DNA of 13,512 bases, taken from IMG/VR virus record IMGVR_UViG_2693429524_000013; one strand, given 5' to 3'. Below are positions 1-7,245 of the stretch, piece after piece. The stretch's first letter is position 1; the number at the start of each line of letters is the position of its first letter. The notes under the pieces are model-generated. The model ran no database searches and was not told the origin of the DNA. It was given only the letters and a program-made list of their open reading frames with translations. A program made the position numbers and the translations under genes. The stretch comes from a virus (lineage: Duplodnaviria; Heunggongvirae; Uroviricota; Caudoviricetes).

Positions 1-235
1 GCAGTGATGCACAAACCAGGCAACGATAAACAGGCTAACAGTGATAGCGGCGCTCAATCAGCGCACTAAATCCTAACCAGTCCGGGAAAGAGGCTGGCTC
101 TATCGACCGCTCATGCACGGGACAATGCATACCTGATAAAGGATTCTCACAAGGGACCAATCGCGAGAAAAGAAGTGGAAAGGGGCTGATTTGTGGTGTA
201 TCACTACGGCCTCAAAAGAACACTATTACCTCTTT

Positions 236-694
236 TCAACCTCTCCCCACATTTGACCAGTATTTGATTGCACCGATCAAATCATCATAGTGGCGCATTG
301 CATCATTGAAGCCTTTATAGCTTGCCCATTGTGGTGAAACTTTGTTATTGCTGAATTGCCCACTAATCAGGATAGTCTCCAGAATGTCGGCGTATCGCTT
401 GCCAATTCGCTTCCTGACGGCCTCAGAGCTTCCACCCTTTACGATTGCATTAATCAGGGCTTTTGTGTGTCTCAGGCTCTCATAGAGCATTGCAGCGTGG
501 GCAGATTCCATAAATGAGCGTTTAGGCAAATCACCCCACCCCTCAGAATGAATTGCTGCCAGTGTGGCGTAATTCAGGCCGCTATAGTGTTTCCCGTCAT
601 CCCAGCCAACCGCTACACCTTCCATCTGTGAGAGCTCTTTATGCAGCTTATCCATCATGCGCTTGTCTATGGTGCACCGGACTTTCGGACTCAT
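236..694 (-). CDS. hypothetical phage protein (152 aa), distal gene of minus-strand head-module operon
   Basis: ORF 236..694. ATG at 694 with GGAG 8 nt upstream on minus strand. Start overlaps the stop of the upstream ORF (ATGA), suggesting translational coupling. No family recognised by eye. Confidence 0.55.
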   Translation of the reverse strand: MSPKVRCTIDKRMMDKLHKELSQMEGVAVGWDDGKHYSGLNYATLAAIHSEGWGDLPKRSFMESAHAAMLYESLRHTKALINAIVKGGSSEAVRKRIGKRYADILETILISGQFSNNKVSPQWASYKGFNDAMRHYDDLIGAIKYWSNVGRG

Positions 695-1494
695 TTGTTG
701 ATCTCCGTGATGTCATCAAGCAACATGTTGGCCTTATCAATCATCGTTTCGTGGAACTCATTCGACACAACAGACTTATCACCTGCGGCAATCTTTCCCG
801 CTGCCTCTCCCTGTGCATATTCCCCGCGATGCTTAGCCCTGGTTGATTTCGTAGCAGCATTGCCAGCGTTACTACCCTCTTTAGCACTATTAACAGCACC
901 CTTTTGCTGTGTTTTGTTCACCTTCTTACTGTTAGTGAAAACTCCGGCATTTTCGACCATCTTCACCTTGAAGGTGCGGAATTCTTCAAAGGTGCAATCA
1001 ATAGTGATGCAGTCACCGGAGGAAGAGCTACGCTTAACTTCACATTTCGTCATGATGAAGTTCTCAAGGAGTCCGGCATCTTCACTCACCAGGCTAACAA
1101 GCTGGCGCTTGTCTCTCATTTCCATAAGTGCCTGAACAGCGGCAGCAGGGCGCATAGATTCACGGGGATTATCTGGATCAGTGTTCCGGTCGATGTAGTT
1201 CTCTTTCCGGATGATATGAGGAGAAGAGGTAATAATGCCCGTAAAGCTGACAGATTTATCTTTAATGACGGCATGGTCTGACATGGTGGTGCCATCCTCG
1301 ACCGCATAGCTCGATTTCTCAACAGGGAACGAATAGCTGACATCAGAGATAGAGTCAAAGAAGATAGCCACGTTATCGGTATAGTTGAAGCCATCCATTA
1401 TATTTTTGTTTTGTGAATATCCCCCACACATAACAGTGAATGCAGGAGATCTCGACTCAGCTTGTTTTGCAGCTGTCAGAGCATCATTAGCCAT
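691..1494 (-). CDS. hypothetical phage protein (about 267 aa; start uncertain)
   Basis: Longest ORF is 691..1611, but the codon at 1611 is TTG with no SD. First ATGs are at 1503 and 1494, with GGAGG just upstream (spacing 1 and 10 nt). 1494 chosen as most plausible. Function not recognisable by eye. Confidence 0.5.
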   Translation of the reverse strand: MANDALTAAKQAESRSPAFTVMCGGYSQNKNIMDGFNYTDNVAIFFDSISDVSYSFPVEKSSYAVEDGTTMSDHAVIKDKSVSFTGIITSSPHIIRKENYIDRNTDPDNPRESMRPAAAVQALMEMRDKRQLVSLVSEDAGLLENFIMTKCEVKRSSSSGDCITIDCTFEEFRTFKVKMVENAGVFTNSKKVNKTQQKGAVNSAKEGSNAGNAATKSTRAKHRGEYAQGEAAGKIAAGDKSVVSNEFHETMIDKANMLLDDITEINK

Positions 1495-1699
1495 ATTAAA
1501 CATGCCTCCAAATTGGTCCACTTCTTTCGCTGGCTTAGCCAGGTGACTAAGGTCACCCCTTCGGGCGTGAGTGGATTTAGCTAAAGCTAAACCTGCAAAA
1601 GATGCAGGCAAAATAGAACTTATCGTTGCCCTGCTTAAAATCTGCAGAAAATACAGGGCAGTTATTCGTTAGAATCGCTTATAGCTCTTCCCGAGAGCG

Positions 1700-1951
1700 T
1701 TATTTTGCAAAACGATTATGGGCATTCAGGGCTTTTTTGCGGTCCTGTGCCTGTTTTCGTGCAATAAAATGTTCGAAAGTCTCGGCCCAGGTGCATTTAT
1801 TATATTCACGGTATTTATGCATAGCCTGGCGGCTAACGTCATAGCAGGCGGCAAATGTGGAGATACGCAGGAATTCCGGCAGATCCTCGTCATCGATATG
1901 GATAATATCAAAAGGCACGTCGTCACGGTCGCCGTATAAAACAATTTTCAT
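1700..1951 (-). CDS. small protein (83 aa) with helix-turn-helix-like segment
   Basis: Track ORF 1700..1960 begins at a GTG; first ATG is at 1951 with GAGGTG 5 nt upstream. Segment ISTFAACYDVSRQAMHKY looks like an HTH. Function unknown. Confidence 0.5.
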   Translation of the reverse strand: MKIVLYGDRDDVPFDIIHIDDEDLPEFLRISTFAACYDVSRQAMHKYREYNKCTWAETFEHFIARKQAQDRKKALNAHNRFAK

Positions 1952-1990
1952 AAAAGACACCTCAAAAACTTAAGACGGGGATAATAAAAA

Positions 1991-2036
1991 AAGGGAAGAG
2001 GGAAAGACCTATCCCCGATCTCTCACCTCTTCCCTT
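1991..2036 (-). terminator. terminator-like hairpin after the major capsid gene
   Basis: 11-bp perfect inverted repeat AAGGGAAGAGG (1991-2001) / CCTCTTCCCTT (2026-2036) with 24-nt loop. On the minus strand it is followed by a T-run (plus 1981-1990 is ataataaaaa). Long loop is atypical; may act as a partial terminator. Confidence 0.4.
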
Positions 2037-2065
2037 TGCTTTTATTTGGCCTTCGAAGAAGGACC

Positions 2066-3112
2066 TTATTTAGCCTTGGCTTTTGCCAGAGCAGCGGCGG
2101 CGGAGTTACTAACACTCACTTTAACCACAACTTCAGGCATCATGTTCATGAAAGCATAAGAGGATTCAATGAAGATTTCTCGTTTACCTCTGGACTCTTC
2201 CATATACATGAAAGCTTCACGTGCAGCGCCGTTTGCAAGCTTCAGGTTGCGAGCGCAAGGGCCGAAAAATTGAGTATAAACGCCCACCATATCGCCTAAC
2301 GCATGTGGCTGGAATTGTGGGACCAGATAAGCAGTATTCTCTGGCAGACTATCCATTTGCACCACACGCAGGGCTAAGCCCGGAATGCGGAAGGTCGGGA
2401 AGCCCGGCAGAATATCCTCAGGGAACATCAGGCCTTTGTCAGTGATATTTTGATTGCCGAACAACAGCACCTTACGGAGCAGTTCATCAGTCTGAATTGC
2501 AGCAAAGAGTTCAGCACGGCAGAACAGGGTGAAACCACGCAGAGCACGAACGACACCACGCTGTTTAACCTTGCTCAGTGCAACCAGGTCCTGCAGCTGT
2601 TTAAGGATATCTTTAGCTAAATCCACTTCTGAAGTGGTTTGCTGTGCGCCCAGCAGTTCGCACACATTCAGTTCTTTACCCTTGGTGAGGATAATTTTGT
2701 TCTCAAAGAGAGCAAGCTGGCGTGCTTCTTCGTGGGTCTGGCGTAAGCCTTCGCCAAGCTGAATAACACGACGAGCGGTTACAGACTCTAAATTCTCTTC
2801 GGAATCTTTGCCCGGAACGCGGATACCCTGCCAGTCAGAAGGATAAATAGCACTTGATGCGGCAGTGAATGCCATATCACCCGTGCCCGTTTCACGCTCA
2901 TCTGCGGTAATGGTCGCCATCTGTTCACCGTAGCGAGGATACTGACCGAAAGCAGATTGTTTCACCTGGCGAACTTTGTCATATTCAAATTTAAAGGTAT
3001 TGCACAGAGCAGTAGTGTTGAAGATATCCATTGCTGAAATAATCTGGTTATCCAGCGGGATGTCTTTAATCAGACCACACAGATCGCGAACTTCGAATTC
3101 TTTCTTAGCCAT
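2066..3112 (-). CDS. phage major capsid protein, lambda gpE-like
   Basis: Track ORF 2066..3118 begins at TTG; ATG at 3112 has AGGAGG 6 nt upstream. Size (~348 aa) fits gpE-type capsid proteins. Segment RRVIQLGEGLRQTHEEARQLALFENKIILTKGK resembles lambda gpE region RRRIIMQNMRDEELAIAQVEEMQAVSAVLKGK (alignment recalled from memory, not computed). Preceded by a ~110-aa gene, as D precedes E in lambda. Confidence 0.65.
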   Translation of the reverse strand: MAKKEFEVRDLCGLIKDIPLDNQIISAMDIFNTTALCNTFKFEYDKVRQVKQSAFGQYPRYGEQMATITADERETGTGDMAFTAASSAIYPSDWQGIRVPGKDSEENLESVTARRVIQLGEGLRQTHEEARQLALFENKIILTKGKELNVCELLGAQQTTSEVDLAKDILKQLQDLVALSKVKQRGVVRALRGFTLFCRAELFAAIQTDELLRKVLLFGNQNITDKGLMFPEDILPGFPTFRIPGLALRVVQMDSLPENTAYLVPQFQPHALGDMVGVYTQFFGPCARNLKLANGAAREAFMYMEESRGKREIFIESSYAFMNMMPEVVVKVSVSNSAAAALAKAKAK

Positions 3113-3123
3113 CTTCAACCTCC

Positions 3124-3459
3124 TTATTGTGCAACACGCAAATCGCCATTGCTGGCAGCGATAACAGCGGCTAAGCCGTCTTTATCCACGTAGGCCGGAT
3201 TGATGTAGCAACCTTTGTTCGCAACAACGATAAAAGCGTCACCAACCTCAGCACGTTCTACAACCAGCAGCGGAGTTTTATCTGTGTGCGTTGCTTTAAC
3301 GAAGGTCTCAACCTCGCCAGCCTCAGTAACCACAACAACAGTGCCAGCCGGAATCTCAGCTTTAACTTTGTTTTTAATCTCAACGTCGCGAATACTAAAT
3401 TGCTCATCTGCGGCGTATGAAATGATGTGTCCGCGTGTGCGGATAGTCATATCTCTCAT
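3124..3459 (-). CDS. putative head decoration / capsid accessory protein (111 aa)
   Basis: ORF 3124..3459 with ATG at 3459 and AGGTGA 4 nt upstream. Lies immediately upstream of the major capsid gene with a 11-nt gap. Size and position match decoration proteins; sequence does not resemble lambda gpD, so the call is positional. Confidence 0.4.
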   Translation of the reverse strand: MRDMTIRTRGHIISYAADEQFSIRDVEIKNKVKAEIPAGTVVVVTEAGEVETFVKATHTDKTPLLVVERAEVGDAFIVVANKGCYINPAYVDKDGLAAVIAASNGDLRVAQ

Positions 3460-3787
3460 TTGATCACCTGCGATTTAAATTAACTCCCCTCAAAGAGTTC
3501 CGGTATAACCTCTCAAACCGCGACAGGCTCGGGCCGAAAAGTTATGCCGGAAATCTAAAGGGAAATTGATACAAGGAAAGGGAGATAGCCCCGCACCGTC
3601 CAAGCGGGGGCTATTCCATATGGGGAAAACCAACAACAGTTGGCTGATAGTTCACAGTATGGTTACGGTTACTAGAGAGCACTATCACGAAAGGCACTCC
3701 CCCGAATCAGTTCAGGCTGCGGTCACATCAGCGGGGAAATACCTTTCGGGATAGCTACCCACACAGAAAACCCGCAAAAGAAAACTG

Positions 3788-3796
3788 TGTGGATAA
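3788..3796 (-). promoter_or_regulatory. perfect DnaA-box consensus TTATCCACA
   Basis: Plus strand reads TGTGGATAA, so the minus strand is TTATCCACA. Overlaps the 3' arm of an 8-bp inverted repeat CCACACAG (3759-3766) / CTGTGTGG (3785-3792). Single occurrence; within the leader of the head operon. Confidence 0.3.
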
Positions 3797-3943
3797 CTAG
3801 CCCAATAGGAGAATTAATCGACCACTCAACGATGATCAGGGTAGTGTTATTTATAAGGCGGCACCGCTACCTGGTCGCCGTTACTTTGGAGGAAAATACG
3901 GCAAATCAAGATCTTCTCACATTGATATTGACGCCATATGTAT

Positions 3944-3972
3944 ATTATATCAGTATTTACTCACATTGTCAA
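3944..3972 (-). promoter_or_regulatory. consensus sigma70 promoter reading leftward toward the head module
   Basis: On the minus strand: TTGACA (3972-3967), 17-bp spacer, TATAAT (3949-3944). Both hexamers are perfect consensus. Predicted TSS near 3937, giving a ~480-nt leader before the gene at 3459. Confidence 0.55.
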
Positions 3973-4195
3973 CACCCTGATTATATAAATTCTAATAATT
4001 AGCGTAGTAACGGTATTTTCAGACCTCTATCAATCCCATCAATACGTCACCCCACCCTTTAGACATATACATCTATCACTACTTTATAAAGCCTGATAGA
4101 TATCCGTTGATCCTGATCAAGGTTTTCCGGGGATTTACCCGGTTATAGTTCGAATCAAGGAAGGGGAGCATTGATAGCACCCAAACCGAACAAAC

Positions 4196-4213
4196 AAATC
4201 AACTTCTCGCAAA
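4196..4213 (+). promoter_or_regulatory. recurrent 18-nt leader motif AAATCAACTTCTCGCAAA, copy 1
   Basis: Exact 18-mer also at 4739-4756. In both cases it ends 11 nt before an ATG, with a purine-rich SD in between. Confidence 0.5.
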
Positions 4214-4224
4214 AGGTGATAGTT

Positions 4225-4347
4225 ATGGGTATCAAGAACAGTGCCAGCGCATGGCAAAAGGCCAGGTTTCATCACCCACACATTGTTAAGGCAATTGAGG
4301 TGGTTGGAGTGTTAGCCCTGATGTTAGCTCTGTGTGTGGAGGTGTGA
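4225..4347 (+). CDS. possible small hydrophobic peptide (40 aa)
   Basis: ATG at 4225 with AAGGTGA SD. Preceded 11 nt upstream by the recurrent motif AAATCAACTTCTCGCAAA. C-terminal half is hydrophobic (VVGVLALMLALCVEV). Below the 60-aa cutoff of the ORF track; uncertain. Confidence 0.3.
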   Translation: MGIKNSASAWQKARFHHPHIVKAIEVVGVLALMLALCVEV

Positions 4348-4449
4348 GATGGGCAAAGGAGGCAAAGCATTTTTTAATAGGTCTGGCTATCCTGGATGTT
4401 CTACTAATCATGATTGAGCGGAGTTTATGAACAGCATTGAGAGGAGTTT

Positions 4450-4710
4450 ATGACGGGGGCTAAAGATATCAGGAGACTGAGGGAAGAGCTGATAGCTGAA
4501 ATTAAAGCTAAGGCAAAGCAAATGGAGATAGCCGCACAAATGGATGTAGCGGAACAGATGTACAAGATGGTTGAAGAGGGAACACCACGACAGGTTATCG
4601 CTAAAACCTTCGGTGTGGGGATCGCCACCGTGCACAGAAGGCTGAAAGCCTATGCCGACTACCACAACATTGAGAGAGGGGAGGATGGGAGATTTAAGAA
4701 GAATAAATAG
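4450..4710 (+). CDS. small helix-turn-helix DNA-binding protein (86 aa)
   Basis: ORF 4450..4710 with GAGGAG SD. Segment TPRQVIAKTFGVGIATVHRRLK is a classic HTH pattern. N-terminal part reads as coiled-coil-like. Confidence 0.6.
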   Translation: MTGAKDIRRLREELIAEIKAKAKQMEIAAQMDVAEQMYKMVEEGTPRQVIAKTFGVGIATVHRRLKAYADYHNIERGEDGRFKKNK

Positions 4711-4738
4711 TGTGAACAGTCCAATAGGTTATTAACTT

Positions 4739-4756
4739 AAATCAACTTCTCGCAAA
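4739..4756 (+). promoter_or_regulatory. recurrent 18-nt leader motif, copy 2
   Basis: Identical to 4196-4213. Ends 11 nt before the ATG of the membrane-protein gene (4768). Confidence 0.5.
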
Positions 4757-4767
4757 GGGGTACCACT

Positions 4768-5289
4768 ATGTTATTCCAGAAAGACAAAGAATCAGTAAAT
4801 AAAAGGCTTTTTAAAGAACTGGTAAAAATGTTCTTTCAGTACACTGCAGCGTTTTTGATAGCCGGGCCTTGGTTAATGGCTATCTGTTTTTACCCTGCTA
4901 CCTTGTTTATTGGCAGTAGCAAGTTCGGCGATGGCCCGTTTCATGTGGATATTGGTTTTATAGATTCTCTCCTGATCCGTCCTATAAATGCTGTTCTCAA
5001 TGCTTTCTACTTCCCAACTAGTCTAGAGGGGTGGGCGGTAACCTGGGGTGTTTTAGGCTTAGCATATGTATATTGGTTGGTTGGCTTTTTGTGGGGTGCA
5101 ATCTGTGCTCTCCTCGATATTGATACAGGATCAAGCCGTAGGAGTAGTGGTAATAATAGCGGAGCGGGTGTATATGCACACGTAGGTACCAGAGGGGTAA
5201 GTATCACCGCAGGTACCCGATTCGCTGGCGGCTGGCTGAGTATAGGCAAACGCGGCGTTAGTTGGAGAAAAAGCAAAAAACTGTTCTGA
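4768..5289 (+). CDS. predicted membrane protein (173 aa)
   Basis: ORF 4768..5289. Recurrent motif ends 11 nt before the ATG, followed by AGGGG SD. At least two hydrophobic helices (FFQYTAAFLIAGPWLMAICFYPATLFIG and AVTWGVLGLAYVYWLVGFLWGAICALL) and a Gly/Ser/Arg-rich C-terminal tail. Followed by a strong intrinsic terminator. Confidence 0.6.
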   Translation: MLFQKDKESVNKRLFKELVKMFFQYTAAFLIAGPWLMAICFYPATLFIGSSKFGDGPFHVDIGFIDSLLIRPINAVLNAFYFPTSLEGWAVTWGVLGLAYVYWLVGFLWGAICALLDIDTGSSRRSSGNNSGAGVYAHVGTRGVSITAGTRFAGGWLSIGKRGVSWRKSKKLF

Positions 5290-5296
5290 CCTACCA

Positions 5297-5318
5297 GGGG
5301 GCCATCACGGCCCCTTTT
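5297..5318 (+). terminator. rho-independent terminator after the membrane-protein gene
   Basis: GC-rich 6-bp stem GGGGCC/GGCCCC with 5-nt loop, followed by TTTT (5315-5318). Lies 8 nt past the stop at 5289. Confidence 0.6.
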
Positions 5319-5404
5319 CTATTTCCAGTCGCTATAGCTCCTGAGTAATTCCACTCCCTGAGGTCGTGATCAATTCCACACCCTACCCCCTGATCAATTA
5401 ACCC

Positions 5405-5448
5405 CTATTTAATGGGTATTTAATGCCTATTTATTGATTTAATCCGTT
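5405..5448. repeat. AT-rich 11-bp tandem repeats (3-4 units)
   Basis: ctatttaatgg / gtatttaatgc / ctatttattga / tttaatccgtt in perfect tandem from 5405. Period is about one helical turn; candidate DNA-unwinding or bending element. Confidence 0.5.
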
Positions 5449-5514
5449 TTATGCCACAACCGCCCGGTTGACAGAGTAAGAGAGAGGGTGTAACCCTTTT
5501 TCGTAATACTAATG

Positions 5515-5530
5515 AAATCAATAAGTTAGC
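5515..5530 (+). repeat. 16-nt direct repeat AAATCAATAAGTTAGC, copy 1
   Basis: Exact 16-mer also at 13259-13274. Both copies are preceded 13-14 nt upstream by TAATA(C/T)T and lie shortly after a gene end. Confidence 0.5.
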
Positions 5531-6618
5531 TTAATAGGCCTTTTCTCTATTTTTGTCAAATTTAACATACCCTAAAAAACTGCAAAATCTGGCTGCAAGA
5601 TTATCTGCAGCTGGATTTCTTACACCTCATTTTGTGGTATCACCCTGACTAGTTTGTGCATAAATTGAACAGTTTTTAACATTTCCTCTTCACCTGGTAA
5701 CCACACAAAAAGCTAAAAACGAGGCACAGATAATCTTAGAGGCCTATTTTCTTGTTATCACTCTGGAAACGTCGTAGAAGTGATTTTGATGAAAGGCGAC
5801 CTACCCTATTACACCCCCATTTTTTGTTATCACAATTGCATCCTGTGTGGCTATATGGCTATGTGCTGAAAGCGGTCTCGGGTGTGGGTGTCAGAAATAT
5901 CCATTAGCGGTATTTGAGCTTATGGGTAACTCGTCTGAGGTGCCAGGCAGGCGCTCCCCTACCTCCCTTTTTTCTTCTAACAATTCTCAAATATCACACC
6001 ACTGCCCACCACGTTGCTATTATGTTAATTCTTAAGCTTTGCTGTATGTTGTGCACATTATTTATTCAGGTGGCTGTACGTAAATTCTGTGCCCACTGAT
6101 CATGATTTTTAAATCAGATTTTGTAGTGCGGTTTCTTAGTGCTGATAAGATCTATTATGTTAAATGCAATTTTCCCAACCCTTCAAATCAATGACTTACA
6201 TGTAAGCATGCACTAACACCACACACAGCACATTAGACGTATAGATGGCTATATCCCACATATTTGATTGTTTTGTAGTCATTCCCCTGATCATTTAACC
6301 AGTATAGTTTGTTATCTGCAGACCACAAAATCGGAATTTACATCTGATTAACATAATCTGTTAGCATGATCACCATTACCCACACAACAATAACCCCATG
6401 TAAGCCTCTTCAGGCAATTTATCGGCGTGTTGGTGTGAACAGTCTTTCATGTTCTTTATGTATCAGTTGTCCTGTGTGGTGATTTGGTGGACTGCCCCAG
6501 GGGCCATACTTATGATGCCCGGTCAACATAGCTGTTGATAAAATCAACGGGTGTTGACCTGCATATTTCCCACACATGAGAGGAAATCAGAGCAAAGAGA
6601 GAGGAGAGAGGTTTGTTA

Positions 6619-6668
6619 GTCACATATGGTGATTTGAGCTCATCTCAAACCTTCTACGAAGGCCTTTG
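6619..6668. repeat. tandem-hairpin element, copy A
   Basis: Hairpin 1: TTTGAG (6633-6638) / CTCAAA (6644-6649). CC linker. Hairpin 2: CCTTC (6650-6654) / GAAGG (6658-6662) with loop TAC. Flanked by TCACAT..GGTGATTTGAG and GGCCTTTG. Homologous to copy B. Confidence 0.5.
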
Positions 6669-6719
6669 CTAGTCAAAATCAAGTCACATTAGAGTCAAAT
6701 CAGATGCAATCAATCCCCC

Positions 6720-6778
6720 ACCTGTTGGGATTTCCCACATGTTCAACCATACACAGGAGCTAACCTGTTGGGATTTCC
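6720..6778. repeat. pair of 16-bp direct repeats ACCTGTTGGGATTTCC
   Basis: Identical 16-mers at 6720-6735 and 6763-6778 (43 bp apart). They share the ACCTGT core with the iterons immediately downstream. Confidence 0.6.
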
Positions 6779-6813
6779 TACAACCCCTTTCAGTCATACT
6801 CAGGCACCACACC

Positions 6814-7054
6814 CCGGTAAATATTTCCCTACTACCCCGGAGAATTTCTCCGCACTACCTGTAAAGAATTTTCACACCTGTGTGTTTATACAATCATACT
6901 CTCCTGTTTTGCAGTCATTGCACCCATGATACACAGCCCTAACCTGTAAAATATTTTTACTACCCCGCCAATAATACGGCCCATACCTGTAAAATATTTT
7001 TACTACTACCTGTCAAAATCTTTTACTACTACCTGTAAAAATATTTGACACTAA
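6814..7054. repeat. iteron array: six direct repeats of a ~21-23 bp unit
   Basis: Copies of CCTGTAAAATATTTTTACTAC-like units start at 6814, 6858, 6953, 6986, 7009 and 7032. The last three are exactly tandem at 23-bp spacing. Same orientation throughout; no ORF. Confidence 0.7.
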
Positions 7055-7101
7055 TAGATAAAGTAATAGACCACACAATAGATCCCCCTAACCCCCCAGG
7101 G

Positions 7102-7142
7102 GGGAATGGGGAGGGATCAGAGAGTGGGGAAGGTTTTCTAAG
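7102..7142. other. C6-A-G6 palindrome followed by G-tract-rich block
   Basis: CCCCCCAGGGGGG (7102-7114) followed by GGGGGGAATGGGGAGGGATCAGAGAGTGGGGAAGG. Four G-runs of 3 or more; possible G-quadruplex on the plus strand. Confidence 0.35.
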
Positions 7143-7245
7143 GGAAAAGCTTAACCCACAAATGAAAGCCTAAAGAGCATTAGCGACTCTTTAGGCAATC
7201 TGTGTGTGGGGTGACAATGTATTCCATACATGACACGTCACCCTG

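Noticed and set aside
1-235. Partial gene at the left window edge
   Set aside because: No ORF with a start and SD runs into or out of 1-235 on either strand; treated as intergenic or 3' flank of the head operon.
553-3463. Plus-strand track ORFs overlapping the minus-strand head genes (553..846, 641..1135, 904..1281, 1626..1844, 1718..1939, 2036..2299, 2221..2445, 2529..2762, 2976..3164, 3215..3463) and minus ORFs 1116..1394, 1726..1944
   Set aside because: They lie antisense or out of frame to longer ORFs that have SD sequences and protein-like composition. They lack RBS and read as low-complexity; treated as shadow ORFs.
4141-4165. tRNA-like T-loop motif GTTCGAATC
   Set aside because: Flanking sequence cannot form a 5-bp T-stem or the rest of a cloverleaf. 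No other tRNA-like signature was found in the window.
5752-5835. TGTTATCAC words as additional DnaA boxes
   Set aside because: They are one nucleotide short of, or mismatched to, the TTATNCACA consensus. Only the site at 3788-3796 is a perfect match.
6814-7054. Possible CRISPR array
   Set aside because: The repeats are AT-rich, imperfect and irregularly spaced (23 to 95 bp), with no unique spacers of constant length and no cas genes. They fit iterons better.
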